DNA from: a virus
Lineage: Duplodnaviria; Caudoviricetes
IMG/VR virus record: IMGVR_UViG_3300046705_000096
Span: 1,348 to 65,347 of that record
Length of the DNA stretch: 64,000 nucleotides
Strand: one strand, 5' to 3'
Positions 17,029-26,630 of the stretch are shown one piece after another. Each line of letters starts with the position of its first letter. The first letter of the stretch is position 1. Made by a program: the position numbers and the translations under genes. The notes below the pieces were generated by a model that saw only the letters and a program-made list of their open reading frames with translations, searched no databases and was not told where the DNA came from.

Positions 17029-17524
17029 TCCAAATTGGCCTCGCTGGATTTTCGCTTCTGTCACGTATCACTTAAGTCAGGTGGACGTAGGCGACATCCC
17101 TTTCCTCATTGAGGGGATCGACGAGCGAACGGACTCTTTCCTGTCTGCTCCCGACCGGATAGAAGCCCGAGTAAACGGTCCGTACATCCGACCGCTGCAA
17201 GGCTGCTTCGAAGTATGGGTTGATGTAAACGTCCTATTGACCTCATACATGGGCGACGACACAAAGTCCCGACATGAGTTGCACAGGTTATCCGGACTCT
17301 ACCAAGCAGCATTGACTGCTCCCATCGAAGTCTGGAATTTCGGAAATCAACTGGGGGACTTTGACGAGGGCGACCCCGACTCTCAGATTCTACTTGGGTG
17401 CCTTGTGAATCGGTATTCCAAGGGTGACATGACGAAACTCTTTCACTTTGGTCAGGTTGAAAAAACCGATCGCGTCAAGCAGGCTATCGTAGACGCCCGC
17501 TATCAGATGAACCTTGAGGACTAA
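17018..17524 (+). CDS. putative tail terminator or tail completion protein
   Basis: 168 aa directly before the tail tube gene; positional. Confidence 0.5.
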   Translation: MQANPNWPRWIFASVTYHLSQVDVGDIPFLIEGIDERTDSFLSAPDRIEARVNGPYIRPLQGCFEVWVDVNVLLTSYMGDDTKSRHELHRLSGLYQAALTAPIEVWNFGNQLGDFDEGDPDSQILLGCLVNRYSKGDMTKLFHFGQVEKTDRVKQAIVDARYQMNLED

Positions 17525-17525
17525 C

Positions 17526-18296
17526 ATGAACTGCTACCTTTCTACCCCCTGCATTGCCGCGTTTGCTCGCATCGACCTGCGGAACTCCACGATCTTCATT
17601 CAGGATGGTCTGAGTGGGGTTGCCGAGCTTACTGCATCCCCGCCTGTGGCGACTGACACCGACGCCGACGTTGAGGCGGTCGTTTTGAACTCGACCGTTA
17701 CCGATCAAATTCCCATCGGTGCCCGCTTCACCATTGACGGCGAGACTGATACCGAACAGATTCACACCGTGACGGCGCGCACGCCCGCGAACGGGACAAC
17801 CACGAACATCGAGTTCACACCCGCACTCGGTGCTGGAACTTACGTGGACGGCGGTGTCCTGACGTTCCTTCCTCAGCGAATCGAAATCAAGGTTGGCGAC
17901 GGCAACTTGACGTACACCGAAGCCGATGAATTCGAGTACGAACTCGACCGCGGTAAGCTCGACACCGTTCGCGAAGGTGACGACCAACCCCTGTCAGTCG
18001 ATCTTGAGTTCGTCTACGAGTCGATCACCACCGGCACCGGCGAAACGATTGCTCCGATGGATGCGATCAAACGCAGAGGTAGTGCCACGGAGTGGGTCAG
18101 TTCGGCCGCAGACCTGTGCGAACCGTATGCCGTGGACGTGATTGTCGAACACGTTCCCCCGTGCGGCACGAAAGAGTCCGAGCGAACGACCTTCCCGGAC
18201 TTCCGTTCCGAGAGCCGTGCCCCGGACTTCAGCGAAGCCCAAATCTCGGTCTCCGGGCGATGCAACGTTCGGGTGCCGATCACGGAACGCTTCTAA
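17526..18296 (+). CDS. major tail (tube) protein
   Basis: GAGG RBS; IKVGDGNLTYTE...YELDRG; followed by terminator and chaperone-like gene. Confidence 0.7.
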   Translation: MNCYLSTPCIAAFARIDLRNSTIFIQDGLSGVAELTASPPVATDTDADVEAVVLNSTVTDQIPIGARFTIDGETDTEQIHTVTARTPANGTTTNIEFTPALGAGTYVDGGVLTFLPQRIEIKVGDGNLTYTEADEFEYELDRGKLDTVREGDDQPLSVDLEFVYESITTGTGETIAPMDAIKRRGSATEWVSSAADLCEPYAVDVIVEHVPPCGTKESERTTFPDFRSESRAPDFSEAQISVSGRCNVRVPITERF

Positions 18297-18305
18297 AAGC
18301 TCTTC

Positions 18306-18342
18306 AGTCAGGGTTGCTCAACTAGAGCAACCCTGACTATTT
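18306..18342 (+). terminator. 14-bp hairpin after tail tube gene
   Basis: AGTCAGGGTTGCTC/GAGCAACCCTGACT then ATTTC. Confidence 0.65.
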
Positions 18343-18369
18343 CACCACCATCAGCTTGAGGCAACGAAG

Positions 18370-18837
18370 ATGAAGATCAATGGCGTAATTGTGGGCGGGC
18401 CGAATGAGGAAGTCCTTGTTCTACCCCGCGGGGACCAGATGGTCCCATTTGTGGGGCGGGCAATTAGCGACTTCGAATCGTTTGACGCGGCTTGCCCCGC
18501 ACCAAAAGTCCCCGTTCGATTGACCCCCAAGGGTCGGGAAGAGAACCACGACGATCCCGGCTACAAGCAACTCGTTGAACAGTACAACGAGAAGCGGATG
18601 GGCTGGATGGTCATCGAGACTCTGAAGCCTTCGAACATCGAGTGGGACAAGGTCGATCCCGAGAAACCGTCCACGTGGCGGCATTGGCAGGATGACTTCA
18701 AGGCCGCCGGCTTCACGCAGATCGAGGCCGGTCACATTCTTCGGCACGTCATGGAAGTCAACTGCCTCGATGAAGAAAAGCTGAAGTGGGCGCGGGATGT
18801 TTTTCTGCGTGGTCAGCAGCCGACTCCCGAAAGCTAA
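18370..18837 (+). CDS. tail assembly chaperone (gpG-like)
   Basis: Position between tail tube and tape measure genes; overlapping -1 frame ORF downstream. Confidence 0.6.
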   Translation: MKINGVIVGGPNEEVLVLPRGDQMVPFVGRAISDFESFDAACPAPKVPVRLTPKGREENHDDPGYKQLVEQYNEKRMGWMVIETLKPSNIEWDKVDPEKPSTWRHWQDDFKAAGFTQIEAGHILRHVMEVNCLDEEKLKWARDVFLRGQQPTPES

Positions 18838-19034
18838 CGCTCCCGAAGTTTCGCACCAGCCACTTCGAAATCTGGGCGGCCTGTGCCCGTCTCGGGATCA
18901 GGCCGCCCGGAGTGGCCGCGAGTTGGGACGAATGTAGCCCGGTCACGCAAGCCCTGATCGTGGCCTTCTACCAAATCGACAGCCACGACGCGTTTGAGCG
19001 TGAGGCTGCATTCGCTGGTGTGGATACGAAGTAG
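18786..19034 (+). CDS. probable frameshift extension of tail chaperone (gpT-like)
   Basis: -1 frame relative to 18370-18837, 52-nt overlap, no convincing ATG or RBS. Confidence 0.45.
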   Translation: MGAGCFSAWSAADSRKLTLPKFRTSHFEIWAACARLGIRPPGVAASWDECSPVTQALIVAFYQIDSHDAFEREAAFAGVDTK

Positions 19035-19052
19035 TAGGATGTCCTGCTGACA

Positions 19053-19574
19053 ATGCGCATTCAAGCTCGCTTGCGACCTATCAAGTTCGACCTGCGGGGT
19101 TACAAGAAAGAACTTCGCGAACACATGACGGCGCAAGTCAAAGCTGCTGCCCGTGCATGGCTTGAACGTATCGTTCTGAACGGCCCGCTGCACGATAGTA
19201 AGGGCGGCATGCCCGTGTGGTCGGGTGCCTCTGCTGCCACGTTCATGGAGTTAGCGTCGAAGGTGTCTCTTACCCTCGGCATATCCCCTTCTGCCCCCAG
19301 TCGAATCAGTCTGGGGAAGTCACTTGGCGACGGCGACTTGTCTATCGAATCGTCGAAGGGGAGTTACACGTTCATTTATCGGACGTCCCTAGACCATCTC
19401 ATCATCAATGAGTCCGTGAATGTAAACGCATTGGAGAAGGGTTTTCATTTGGAACGTCCCGGCCCGTACAACTTCATTGGAGCGGGTCGAGAGACGTTCA
19501 ATGAGTTCGCCGGGAAGGTCCGACTTCCCAACCCGTTCAAGTTTCTCAAAGCTGGTGCAACGATCACGATCTGA
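19053..19574 (+). CDS. HK97 gp10-like neck or tail completion protein
   Basis: MPVWSG (PVxTG-like) and HL...E...PGPY motifs. Confidence 0.5.
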   Translation: MRIQARLRPIKFDLRGYKKELREHMTAQVKAAARAWLERIVLNGPLHDSKGGMPVWSGASAATFMELASKVSLTLGISPSAPSRISLGKSLGDGDLSIESSKGSYTFIYRTSLDHLIINESVNVNALEKGFHLERPGPYNFIGAGRETFNEFAGKVRLPNPFKFLKAGATITI

Positions 19575-20116
19575 TGGCTAAGAAACGACTCGCCCTTAAT
19601 AAAGGTCAACAATTCGGCACTTGGATTGTCGGCGATCGGTCTATTACTCACAGGTCATCGTATTATTGGTGCCGGTGTACCTGTGATAGCGGCACTATCA
19701 GAGCTATTTCCGCATCGACGTTGGTGCGGGGGATTAGTCAACGATGTGTCAAATGTAGGAAGTCAGGTAAAGACAATGGCCGATGGACAGGGGTTGGTGA
19801 TCTTCCGGGAAGGTATTGGACTCGATTACTGTCAAATGCTCGCAGACGAGACCTTGAAGTAAACATCACAATCCATCAGGCGTGGGAACTGTTTCAAGAA
19901 CAAGATGCAAAGTGCGCTGAAACTGGGTGGGAGTTGCAGTTTGGATCAGACACAAAGACAACTGCCTCATTAGATCGAATTGATCCATCGAAGCATTATG
20001 ATCTTAACAACGTCCAGTGGGTACACAAAACGGTCAACCGGTGTAAGTGGGTATTGACATCACAAGAGTTTCGTGACTTGTGCCGATCTGTGTACCTAAA
20101 ACACAATAAAGTGTAA
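19574..20116 (+). CDS. His-Me finger (HNH-like) homing endonuclease
   Basis: WCRCTC N-terminal module; ASLDRIDPSKHYDLNNVQWVHKTVNRCK. Confidence 0.85.
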   Translation: MAKKRLALNKGQQFGTWIVGDRSITHRSSYYWCRCTCDSGTIRAISASTLVRGISQRCVKCRKSGKDNGRWTGVGDLPGRYWTRLLSNARRRDLEVNITIHQAWELFQEQDAKCAETGWELQFGSDTKTTASLDRIDPSKHYDLNNVQWVHKTVNRCKWVLTSQEFRDLCRSVYLKHNKV

Positions 20117-23100
20117 TGGCTAACATAACGCAAGAGTTGGGTTTTGACGTCCAAAAGGCACTCGCCTCGTTGGACTCGCTCAATAAATCGATCTCAAGTT
20201 TCAACAGGCGGATCGGCAGTCTCGGCAAAACGCTGAACAGGTTCAACACTGCCGGCAATGCTGCGGCAGCGGTGTTCAATAATGTCAATACGGCCAGCGG
20301 CAGCGTTCAACAGGGCCTTAACAGTGCGACCAAATCCACTGAACGTCTAACCGTGTCTTGGCAGTTGCTAAGCCGAGTCGTCGTCACACAGCTTATCGTT
20401 CGTGCTCTTAGACGTGTTCAAGCGGCATTTGGTGATGCAGCAAAAGAATCGATCACGTTGGGGACGCGAATCGAAGAGATTCAGACTATCGCCGGGGGTG
20501 CGTTTGGTAACAGTGAGAGACTTACCCAAACGGTCCGACAACTCTCAGACGAATTCGGCAATCCGATTCTCGACACCGCTGCGGGTCTGTATCAGACGAT
20601 CTCGAACCAGATTGGCCGCGGCGCTGACGAACAGATTCGATTTCTTCGGGCGGTTCAGACGTTTGCCAAAGTCGGCGTTGCGTCAGTCCGGGATAGTACG
20701 AATCTGCTGTCCGGTACGCTGAACGCTTTTGGGAAGAGCGTACTCGAAGTCAATAAGGTCTCGTCCCAATTCTTCAAAACGATTGAACTGGGGCGAACTA
20801 CCGCTTCTGAACTGGCGACTTCATTCGGACGACTTCCGCCCTTTGCGCAGGCTCTCGGAGTTTCCCTTGCGGAGACTCAAGGTGTGCTTGCCTCTCTCAC
20901 CATTCGCGGTTTGAAAACCTCTGAGGCCGTAACTCAGATTCGCGGCGTGATGAATGCGCTCTTGAAGCCCTCGCAGGCGATGCGGGCGGCCCTTGAGCGG
21001 TTGGGATTTTCCAGCGGTGAGTTAGCGGTCAGAACTTTGACGTTGACCGGAGTTCTGAGAGAGTTGCGTGCGACGGGTGCTAATTTCACCGAATTGTTCC
21101 CTAGAATCCGCGCCCGTGCTGGTGCTGAAGCTATCGCAAAAACCGCCGATGAAGTTGAAGAAACCACCCGAAAGATTGCTGAAGCCGACCGAAATCTGAC
21201 TAATCTGAAGTTCGCGGAATTCATCCAAGCGGATTCTCAACAAGCGGTTATTGAACTGAATAAGTTCAAGAACTTCTTCGTTACGGAAGTTGGCCCCCCA
21301 ATTGTTCGCGGACTTCTGGTTTTCGGCCGCGGGTTAAGGACAATCGGCGGTGAGATTTCCGGTCTTAGAGACACCCCACTTCGCGCGGCATTCAGAGAGT
21401 TGGACGAAAGTCTGACATTGACGGGTCGTAACTCAGAACTGTTTCGTGCCAAACTCGAAGCCGAATTCTTGAAGGCTGAGAAAGCAACCGACAACTCAAT
21501 TCGAAACATTCGAAAAGGTCTTCGCGACCTCAATTCGCAATTCATTGAGGCGCAGAAAGATGTTGATTTCGCCGACAGGCAATTTTCAGACGCCACGTCT
21601 CGACGGGTTAATCAGACGATCCGAGATAGGGAGCGTCTGGTAAATGTTGTCAAGCGCCAACTTGTTGAAACATTGCGATTGCAAGATGCGAGCAAACAAC
21701 GAGTTCTTGATATCGGCACCTCGCAATCGGATCGAAGATTTGAGTTTGATCTTCGCGGTCTGAGTCAGGTCGATCAATTTGAAAGTCTGCTGACCAAGGC
21801 GCGTCAGGAAGCTGGTAAAGCCGGTGAACTGTTCAGTAAAGCTGCCGATCCGAAAGTCGCTCAGCAAATCACTCAGCAGTTTCAACGTGCGATTCAGTTC
21901 GCTGATCGTGCTCGACAAGCCGCTATTTCCAGTGGGGATAGGACGGCCGAGGAAGATGCAGTTCGACAAATCAATTCGCTGCTGAATAAGCAAGTTGCAT
22001 TCGAAGAGCGACTGCAAAAGATTCAGGGCGAACGCGCAGCGAACCTTCAACGTGAGCAAGTTCTTCAAGAAAAACGAAATGAACAACTCCGCGAAGCGGG
22101 TAAACTGCTGCTTGCAAATCTGAAAGCCACTGACGCGCAAGGTCAACCTCTTTCGGGTGAGGCTCTTGCAAGGCAGCAAAGAAACCAACGGAAAGCCCTT
22201 GAAGATTTTCAGAGTGCGGCGTTCCAGCAGCGAGATATCAGTACGGCGGATATTCTGGGAATCACTCGACTGACTCGCGAGATCAATGCAGACCTTGAAC
22301 GTCGCCCCATTAAGTTGAATGTTGACGTGCAGGAAGGGTTCCGCGATCAAATTCAGAGGGTTCAAAGGCTTGCTGAGGCTTCGCAAAGTCAGATCAGACT
22401 GGCAATCGATCCTGAAAGTCTCTCTATCATCGAGAGATTTTCTGGCGGCGGCCGTATTCAAAATGTCAACGACCTTCAACGTGGTTTGACATTGGTCCAA
22501 CAAAATATCACACAGGCGCGCCAAGCAAATGCGGAATTGGCTGAGACTCGACGACAGGTTGAGGCGATTCAGGGCGAACTGCCCAAGGTACTTGGTGCCG
22601 TTCCTGATCTTAGCGACCGCGTCAGTAGAATTATCAAGACTCGTACTCGCGGGTTTGAAGAGGATGATACGGAGGCGCAGCAAAGTCGAGCCAGTCTGAA
22701 ACTTGCTAAGGATTTGGACGTCTTCACTAATAGTTTACGGGCTGTAAGCAAGGATGGCAACGTAACATCGGAGCAGGTTAAGACACTTACAGCTTCGCTT
22801 GTTGAATTGACCAAACGCGCATCGGAAGACGGTCCAGCAGGTATTGGGGCTATTAAAGATCAGCTTGTTGATCTTACACGCGCCTTAGCAAGCCTCAATC
22901 AATTGGCGAATCTCCAAAAGTCAATCAGCACCACGGAGACTCAGTTCAACATTCGCGGAGTCAACGAAGCTCAAACGGCTTTGGCTGCCGTCGCCAGTCA
23001 ACTTCGGTTCCTGAAAGAGAACCCGAATGTACAAGTCACAATCAATGCTTTGATTCGTGGTCAGAATCAGTTGGATCGGATTCTTTCCGGTCAGGAACCA

Positions 23101-23388
23101 GCCCCCAGTGGGCGTGCCCACGGCGGTCCAACGCAAGGTAGTGACACGATCAACGCCTTACTCTCTCCGGGCGAGACTGTTGTCAATGCTCGTCAATCGC
23201 GACGCCACTTCGCGATGCTCCAAGCTCTCAACGCCGACCAACGTCTGCGTCTGAATCACGGCGGTGCTGTCACCAACGTCGGTGATGTGACCGTGAACGT
23301 CAACGAAAGCTCGTCACCGCGGATGACCGCGCGAGCAGTTGCTTCTGAATTGCGGCGCGAGTTCCGCCGCGGAACTTCCAAACTGTGA
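20116..23388 (+). CDS. tape measure protein
   Basis: 1090 aa, helical and Ala/Gln-rich, TP901-like core (ELATSFGRL...SEAVTQIRGVM), C-terminal HGG...DTINALLSPGE. Confidence 0.9.
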   Translation: MANITQELGFDVQKALASLDSLNKSISSFNRRIGSLGKTLNRFNTAGNAAAAVFNNVNTASGSVQQGLNSATKSTERLTVSWQLLSRVVVTQLIVRALRRVQAAFGDAAKESITLGTRIEEIQTIAGGAFGNSERLTQTVRQLSDEFGNPILDTAAGLYQTISNQIGRGADEQIRFLRAVQTFAKVGVASVRDSTNLLSGTLNAFGKSVLEVNKVSSQFFKTIELGRTTASELATSFGRLPPFAQALGVSLAETQGVLASLTIRGLKTSEAVTQIRGVMNALLKPSQAMRAALERLGFSSGELAVRTLTLTGVLRELRATGANFTELFPRIRARAGAEAIAKTADEVEETTRKIAEADRNLTNLKFAEFIQADSQQAVIELNKFKNFFVTEVGPPIVRGLLVFGRGLRTIGGEISGLRDTPLRAAFRELDESLTLTGRNSELFRAKLEAEFLKAEKATDNSIRNIRKGLRDLNSQFIEAQKDVDFADRQFSDATSRRVNQTIRDRERLVNVVKRQLVETLRLQDASKQRVLDIGTSQSDRRFEFDLRGLSQVDQFESLLTKARQEAGKAGELFSKAADPKVAQQITQQFQRAIQFADRARQAAISSGDRTAEEDAVRQINSLLNKQVAFEERLQKIQGERAANLQREQVLQEKRNEQLREAGKLLLANLKATDAQGQPLSGEALARQQRNQRKALEDFQSAAFQQRDISTADILGITRLTREINADLERRPIKLNVDVQEGFRDQIQRVQRLAEASQSQIRLAIDPESLSIIERFSGGGRIQNVNDLQRGLTLVQQNITQARQANAELAETRRQVEAIQGELPKVLGAVPDLSDRVSRIIKTRTRGFEEDDTEAQQSRASLKLAKDLDVFTNSLRAVSKDGNVTSEQVKTLTASLVELTKRASEDGPAGIGAIKDQLVDLTRALASLNQLANLQKSISTTETQFNIRGVNEAQTALAAVASQLRFLKENPNVQVTINALIRGQNQLDRILSGQEPAPSGRAHGGPTQGSDTINALLSPGETVVNARQSRRHFAMLQALNADQRLRLNHGGAVTNVGDVTVNVNESSSPRMTARAVASELRREFRRGTSKL

Positions 23389-23395
23389 GGTAAGA

Positions 23396-24001
23396 ATGAA
23401 CCGTTTGCTTTTGCGGGATAACGCCAAAGTGGTCAAAGCTCCGACTCCCATGCGATTAAGGCACACCCTTGATAAGATGGGCGGGGTATTCAACATCGAA
23501 GTGTGGCGCGGCGACAAGTTTCTGCGGTCGTATCGGGCCAAGAACGGAATCACGAATGAAGGTAAGAACGACGCTTTAGACGTACTGTTTGACGGCGGTA
23601 CGCAGAAAACGTCGTGGTTCCTCGGTCTGATCGATCTCGCCGGCTTCACGGCGTTGGCCGCAGACGACATCTATGACGACATCGACCAAGCCGGGAACGG
23701 TTGGGACGAGTTCGCTGACTACACTGATCCCGCCAACGGTGACTCGGCGGTGACACGGCCCACGTGGACGCCCGGCGAACCCGCCAGTCAGTCGATCACT
23801 AACGCTACTGTTGTCGAGTTCGATATCACCTCGGCCGGTACGGTGAAGGGTCTCTTCGTAGCCGGCGGAACCAATGCTCAGACCAAGAGCGACCACACAG
23901 CGGCCGGCAACGTCCTGTGGGCCACGGCCCTCTTCACCGGCGGCGACGTCGCGGTGAACAACGGTGAAACGGCGAAGGTCACCTACACTGTGAGCGCGTA
24001 A
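23396..24001 (+). CDS. minor tail protein
   Basis: NGITNEGKNDALDV...WFLGLI...GTVKGLF...LWATALF pattern seen in tail proteins; follows TMP. Confidence 0.6.
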   Translation: MNRLLLRDNAKVVKAPTPMRLRHTLDKMGGVFNIEVWRGDKFLRSYRAKNGITNEGKNDALDVLFDGGTQKTSWFLGLIDLAGFTALAADDIYDDIDQAGNGWDEFADYTDPANGDSAVTRPTWTPGEPASQSITNATVVEFDITSAGTVKGLFVAGGTNAQTKSDHTAAGNVLWATALFTGGDVAVNNGETAKVTYTVSA

Positions 24002-24003
24002 TC

Positions 24004-25020
24004 ATGCTGGTCTGGGCGGAAGGGTTCGACTGGTTGCCGGGTTCCACCGGTGACGTAGCTACAAGCGACCTCGGCGTGAAATATGACGGCGTGAACCTCT
24101 CTTCCGCCGTCAAGGTCGGGGTGGGTCGCGGTACAGCCGGAAAGTCATTACGCATGGATGCGTCTCCGGCACGTATTGTGAAATTCATCGACTCCAATTC
24201 AGAGTTTGTTACCGGATTCGCATTTCGATTCAACAGTGGCGTGTCAGTTGGGCGTATCTTCTCACTCAATGACGACCCTACCGGTCAGCAGTGCCGTATC
24301 GAGATCAACGCGGACGACGAACTAGAATTGTATCGCGGGGCTGCGGTACAACTTCTCGGCACATCGACGACTGTTCTCGCGTCTGGGACGTGGTATTACG
24401 TCGAACTGTACTACAAGGTGGATTCCAGCGATGGTGCGTTCGAAATGCGAATCGACGGAGACACTGAAGTCTCCGGGGCCGGTGTCAACACCCGCGGCGT
24501 TGCGACCGACGTCATGGACCTGATTGTTCTCGCCGATGACTGTAACCGAAACGTGGAATTCGACGACTGGTATTTGCAGACTGGCAGTACCTTTTTAGGT
24601 GACAGCGTCGTCCGAGACATCTTCCCTACGTCTGACGGTGATGACTCTGAGTGGTCGCCGGATAGTGGCACCGATCACTTCGACCGGATTGATGAGACCC
24701 CTTTTGACGGTGACACGTCGTACCTCGATTCAGACACAGTGTCTGAACGGGATTTGTTCAATTTCCCTTCGTTGTCGATTGGTGGACAGATTCATGGAGT
24801 CCAACTGAACGCGATCGCGAGGAAAACTACCGGTACATCGTTCACGTTGAAGCAGGTTGTGAAATCAGATGCGAGTTTTGGGGGCGGTGACTCTAACCAA
24901 GCTGTCACCAGCACCACTTATGACCACTTTCATAAGGTGGTTGAGGATGACCCAGATACCTCAGCGGCGTGGCAACCGGCAGCATTGAACAACGCACAAT
25001 GGGGGATCGAGCACGGGTAA
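24004..25020 (+). CDS. LamG/concanavalin-like domain tail protein
   Basis: GTWYYVELYYK...GAFEMRIDG...FDDWY jelly-roll pattern. Confidence 0.65.
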   Translation: MLVWAEGFDWLPGSTGDVATSDLGVKYDGVNLSSAVKVGVGRGTAGKSLRMDASPARIVKFIDSNSEFVTGFAFRFNSGVSVGRIFSLNDDPTGQQCRIEINADDELELYRGAAVQLLGTSTTVLASGTWYYVELYYKVDSSDGAFEMRIDGDTEVSGAGVNTRGVATDVMDLIVLADDCNRNVEFDDWYLQTGSTFLGDSVVRDIFPTSDGDDSEWSPDSGTDHFDRIDETPFDGDTSYLDSDTVSERDLFNFPSLSIGGQIHGVQLNAIARKTTGTSFTLKQVVKSDASFGGGDSNQAVTSTTYDHFHKVVEDDPDTSAAWQPAALNNAQWGIEHG

Positions 25021-25044
25021 ACGCGAGCGGCGGAACGCGTGCAG

Positions 25045-25106
25045 CCGCCGGTGGGAGTTGTAGGGTGGTGGTGGTGTCGCCTTGCATTACTTCCCCGGCG
25101 GTTTTT
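25045..25106 (+). terminator. long G-U-rich hairpin plus T5
   Basis: CCGCCGG...CCGGCGG outer stem, wobble-rich inner stem, then TTTTT. Confidence 0.55.
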
Positions 25107-25125
25107 GTTACAACAGGACGGTGAG

Positions 25126-26244
25126 ATGATCCGAGTCACGCAACAGTACATTTCGGTTCTGTTCGAACGGATCGACGTACATACCGCTACATCGACCATC
25201 GTCTTCACAGACGCCGCAACCGGCGTGAACCTTGCCGGCCGCGGCGAGTCAACTGTGGTGTTCGGTCAAACGGCGGTCGGCCTTTTGGATCGGCTCGTTG
25301 ATGCGTCGAACACGATCACCTTTGCGCAGTCTGCCGATGTCGTAGACACTCTTCTGGTTGATGCGGCTTCCTCGATCACTTTCACCGATACGGCTTCCGC
25401 GGTTTCGGACGTGCTGGTCGATGCCGCGAGTACCCTGTCATTTTCACAGGTCGCAACCGGCCGCAATCTTCACGCACAAGCCGTAGATACAGTCCAGTTT
25501 GCACAGACCGCGGCCGGTATGGGCGATGCCCACCGAGCCAGTGATGTGTTGATATTCGCGCAATCCGCGGATGTCCCCCTCGGGGCGGTCAGTGTTTTCA
25601 ACCTGACGCAGTCTGCCGACCCAGTACGAGAGCCAGCATCGCAGTTCGCGTTCAACAATATCGCATTCACGCAGACAGCGGCCCGACTGATTGACCACCC
25701 TGTTTCTGCGGTCAGTACGATTTCATTTCAACAGTCTGTTCTGTTCCTGACAGACGGCGTAAACAATGAGTGCTTCTACACGCCCTTCATCGGGGAAGGG
25801 GCCGCCGGCAACCCGACGCCGCCGCCCGCGACCTTGTCTGATCCCGATGATGCCGGATTCACGAAGGGTCTTCAGTTGCGATTTCCGGCGGGCGACACAC
25901 CTTCTGAGTTGGTCACGCTCGACCGCAGTATGAATATCGGGAACATCGACAGGTTGGGATTTGATCGGATCAATCGCGAGAGCCGCGGTGGAACGCTGAA
26001 TGTGTTCGCTGATTCCCAATGGCCGAAGGTTGAGACACTTCTCTTTACCGTGTCTGCAATTTGTGAGGAAGACGCCGCACCAGTCCTGAACTTCATCGAG
26101 AATCACGTGGGCGAAGAGGTTGGGCTTCTGACCCATGAGGGCCGACTGTGGCGTGGCTTTGTGACCAACCCGACCGAGGCGGTTATTCAGGATCGGCAGG
26201 ACTCGTTCACGATCAATGTTGAGTTCGAAGGGAGACGCGAATGA
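25126..26244 (+). CDS. tail protein: N-terminal ~18-aa repeats plus C-terminal Dit-like domain
   Basis: Repeats AxS[TS][IL]xFxQxA; C-terminus aligns by eye with 26241-26630. Confidence 0.65.
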   Translation: MIRVTQQYISVLFERIDVHTATSTIVFTDAATGVNLAGRGESTVVFGQTAVGLLDRLVDASNTITFAQSADVVDTLLVDAASSITFTDTASAVSDVLVDAASTLSFSQVATGRNLHAQAVDTVQFAQTAAGMGDAHRASDVLIFAQSADVPLGAVSVFNLTQSADPVREPASQFAFNNIAFTQTAARLIDHPVSAVSTISFQQSVLFLTDGVNNECFYTPFIGEGAAGNPTPPPATLSDPDDAGFTKGLQLRFPAGDTPSELVTLDRSMNIGNIDRLGFDRINRESRGGTLNVFADSQWPKVETLLFTVSAICEEDAAPVLNFIENHVGEEVGLLTHEGRLWRGFVTNPTEAVIQDRQDSFTINVEFEGRRE

Positions 26245-26630
26245 TCTTGCAAGCCCCGTATCCCACGCTTCAAACGACAACGATCCTGCCCGACCCGGAG
26301 TTTAGCGACGGGGAAGGTGCGACGGGTGAGGCGATCCCGAGACGCACCATGAACAACGTCGTTCGCGTCTACCGCAAGACCAAGCCCCGTCGCCGGTTGA
26401 CTTGGCAATTCCGACTGACACAACCAAAGGCGATCGAACTTCTTGAATTCGTTCGTGCGTACTTCGGGTCACGGGTAAAGATCACAGACCACAACAACCG
26501 TCAGTGGGTCGGTTTTCTGATGAACAATCCCATTGAGATTCGCAGTGAGCGTTCGGGCAGACCGGACGTCCAAGGCATTCGAGGCGAAACGTACTCAGCG
26601 CAGATTGAGTTTGAGGGGGAAGAGGTTTAG
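26241..26630 (+). CDS. distal tail (Dit-like) protein
   Basis: 129 aa upstream of the tail-tip gene; ends IEFEG like its paralogue. Confidence 0.55.
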   Translation: MILQAPYPTLQTTTILPDPEFSDGEGATGEAIPRRTMNNVVRVYRKTKPRRRLTWQFRLTQPKAIELLEFVRAYFGSRVKITDHNNRQWVGFLMNNPIEIRSERSGRPDVQGIRGETYSAQIEFEGEEV

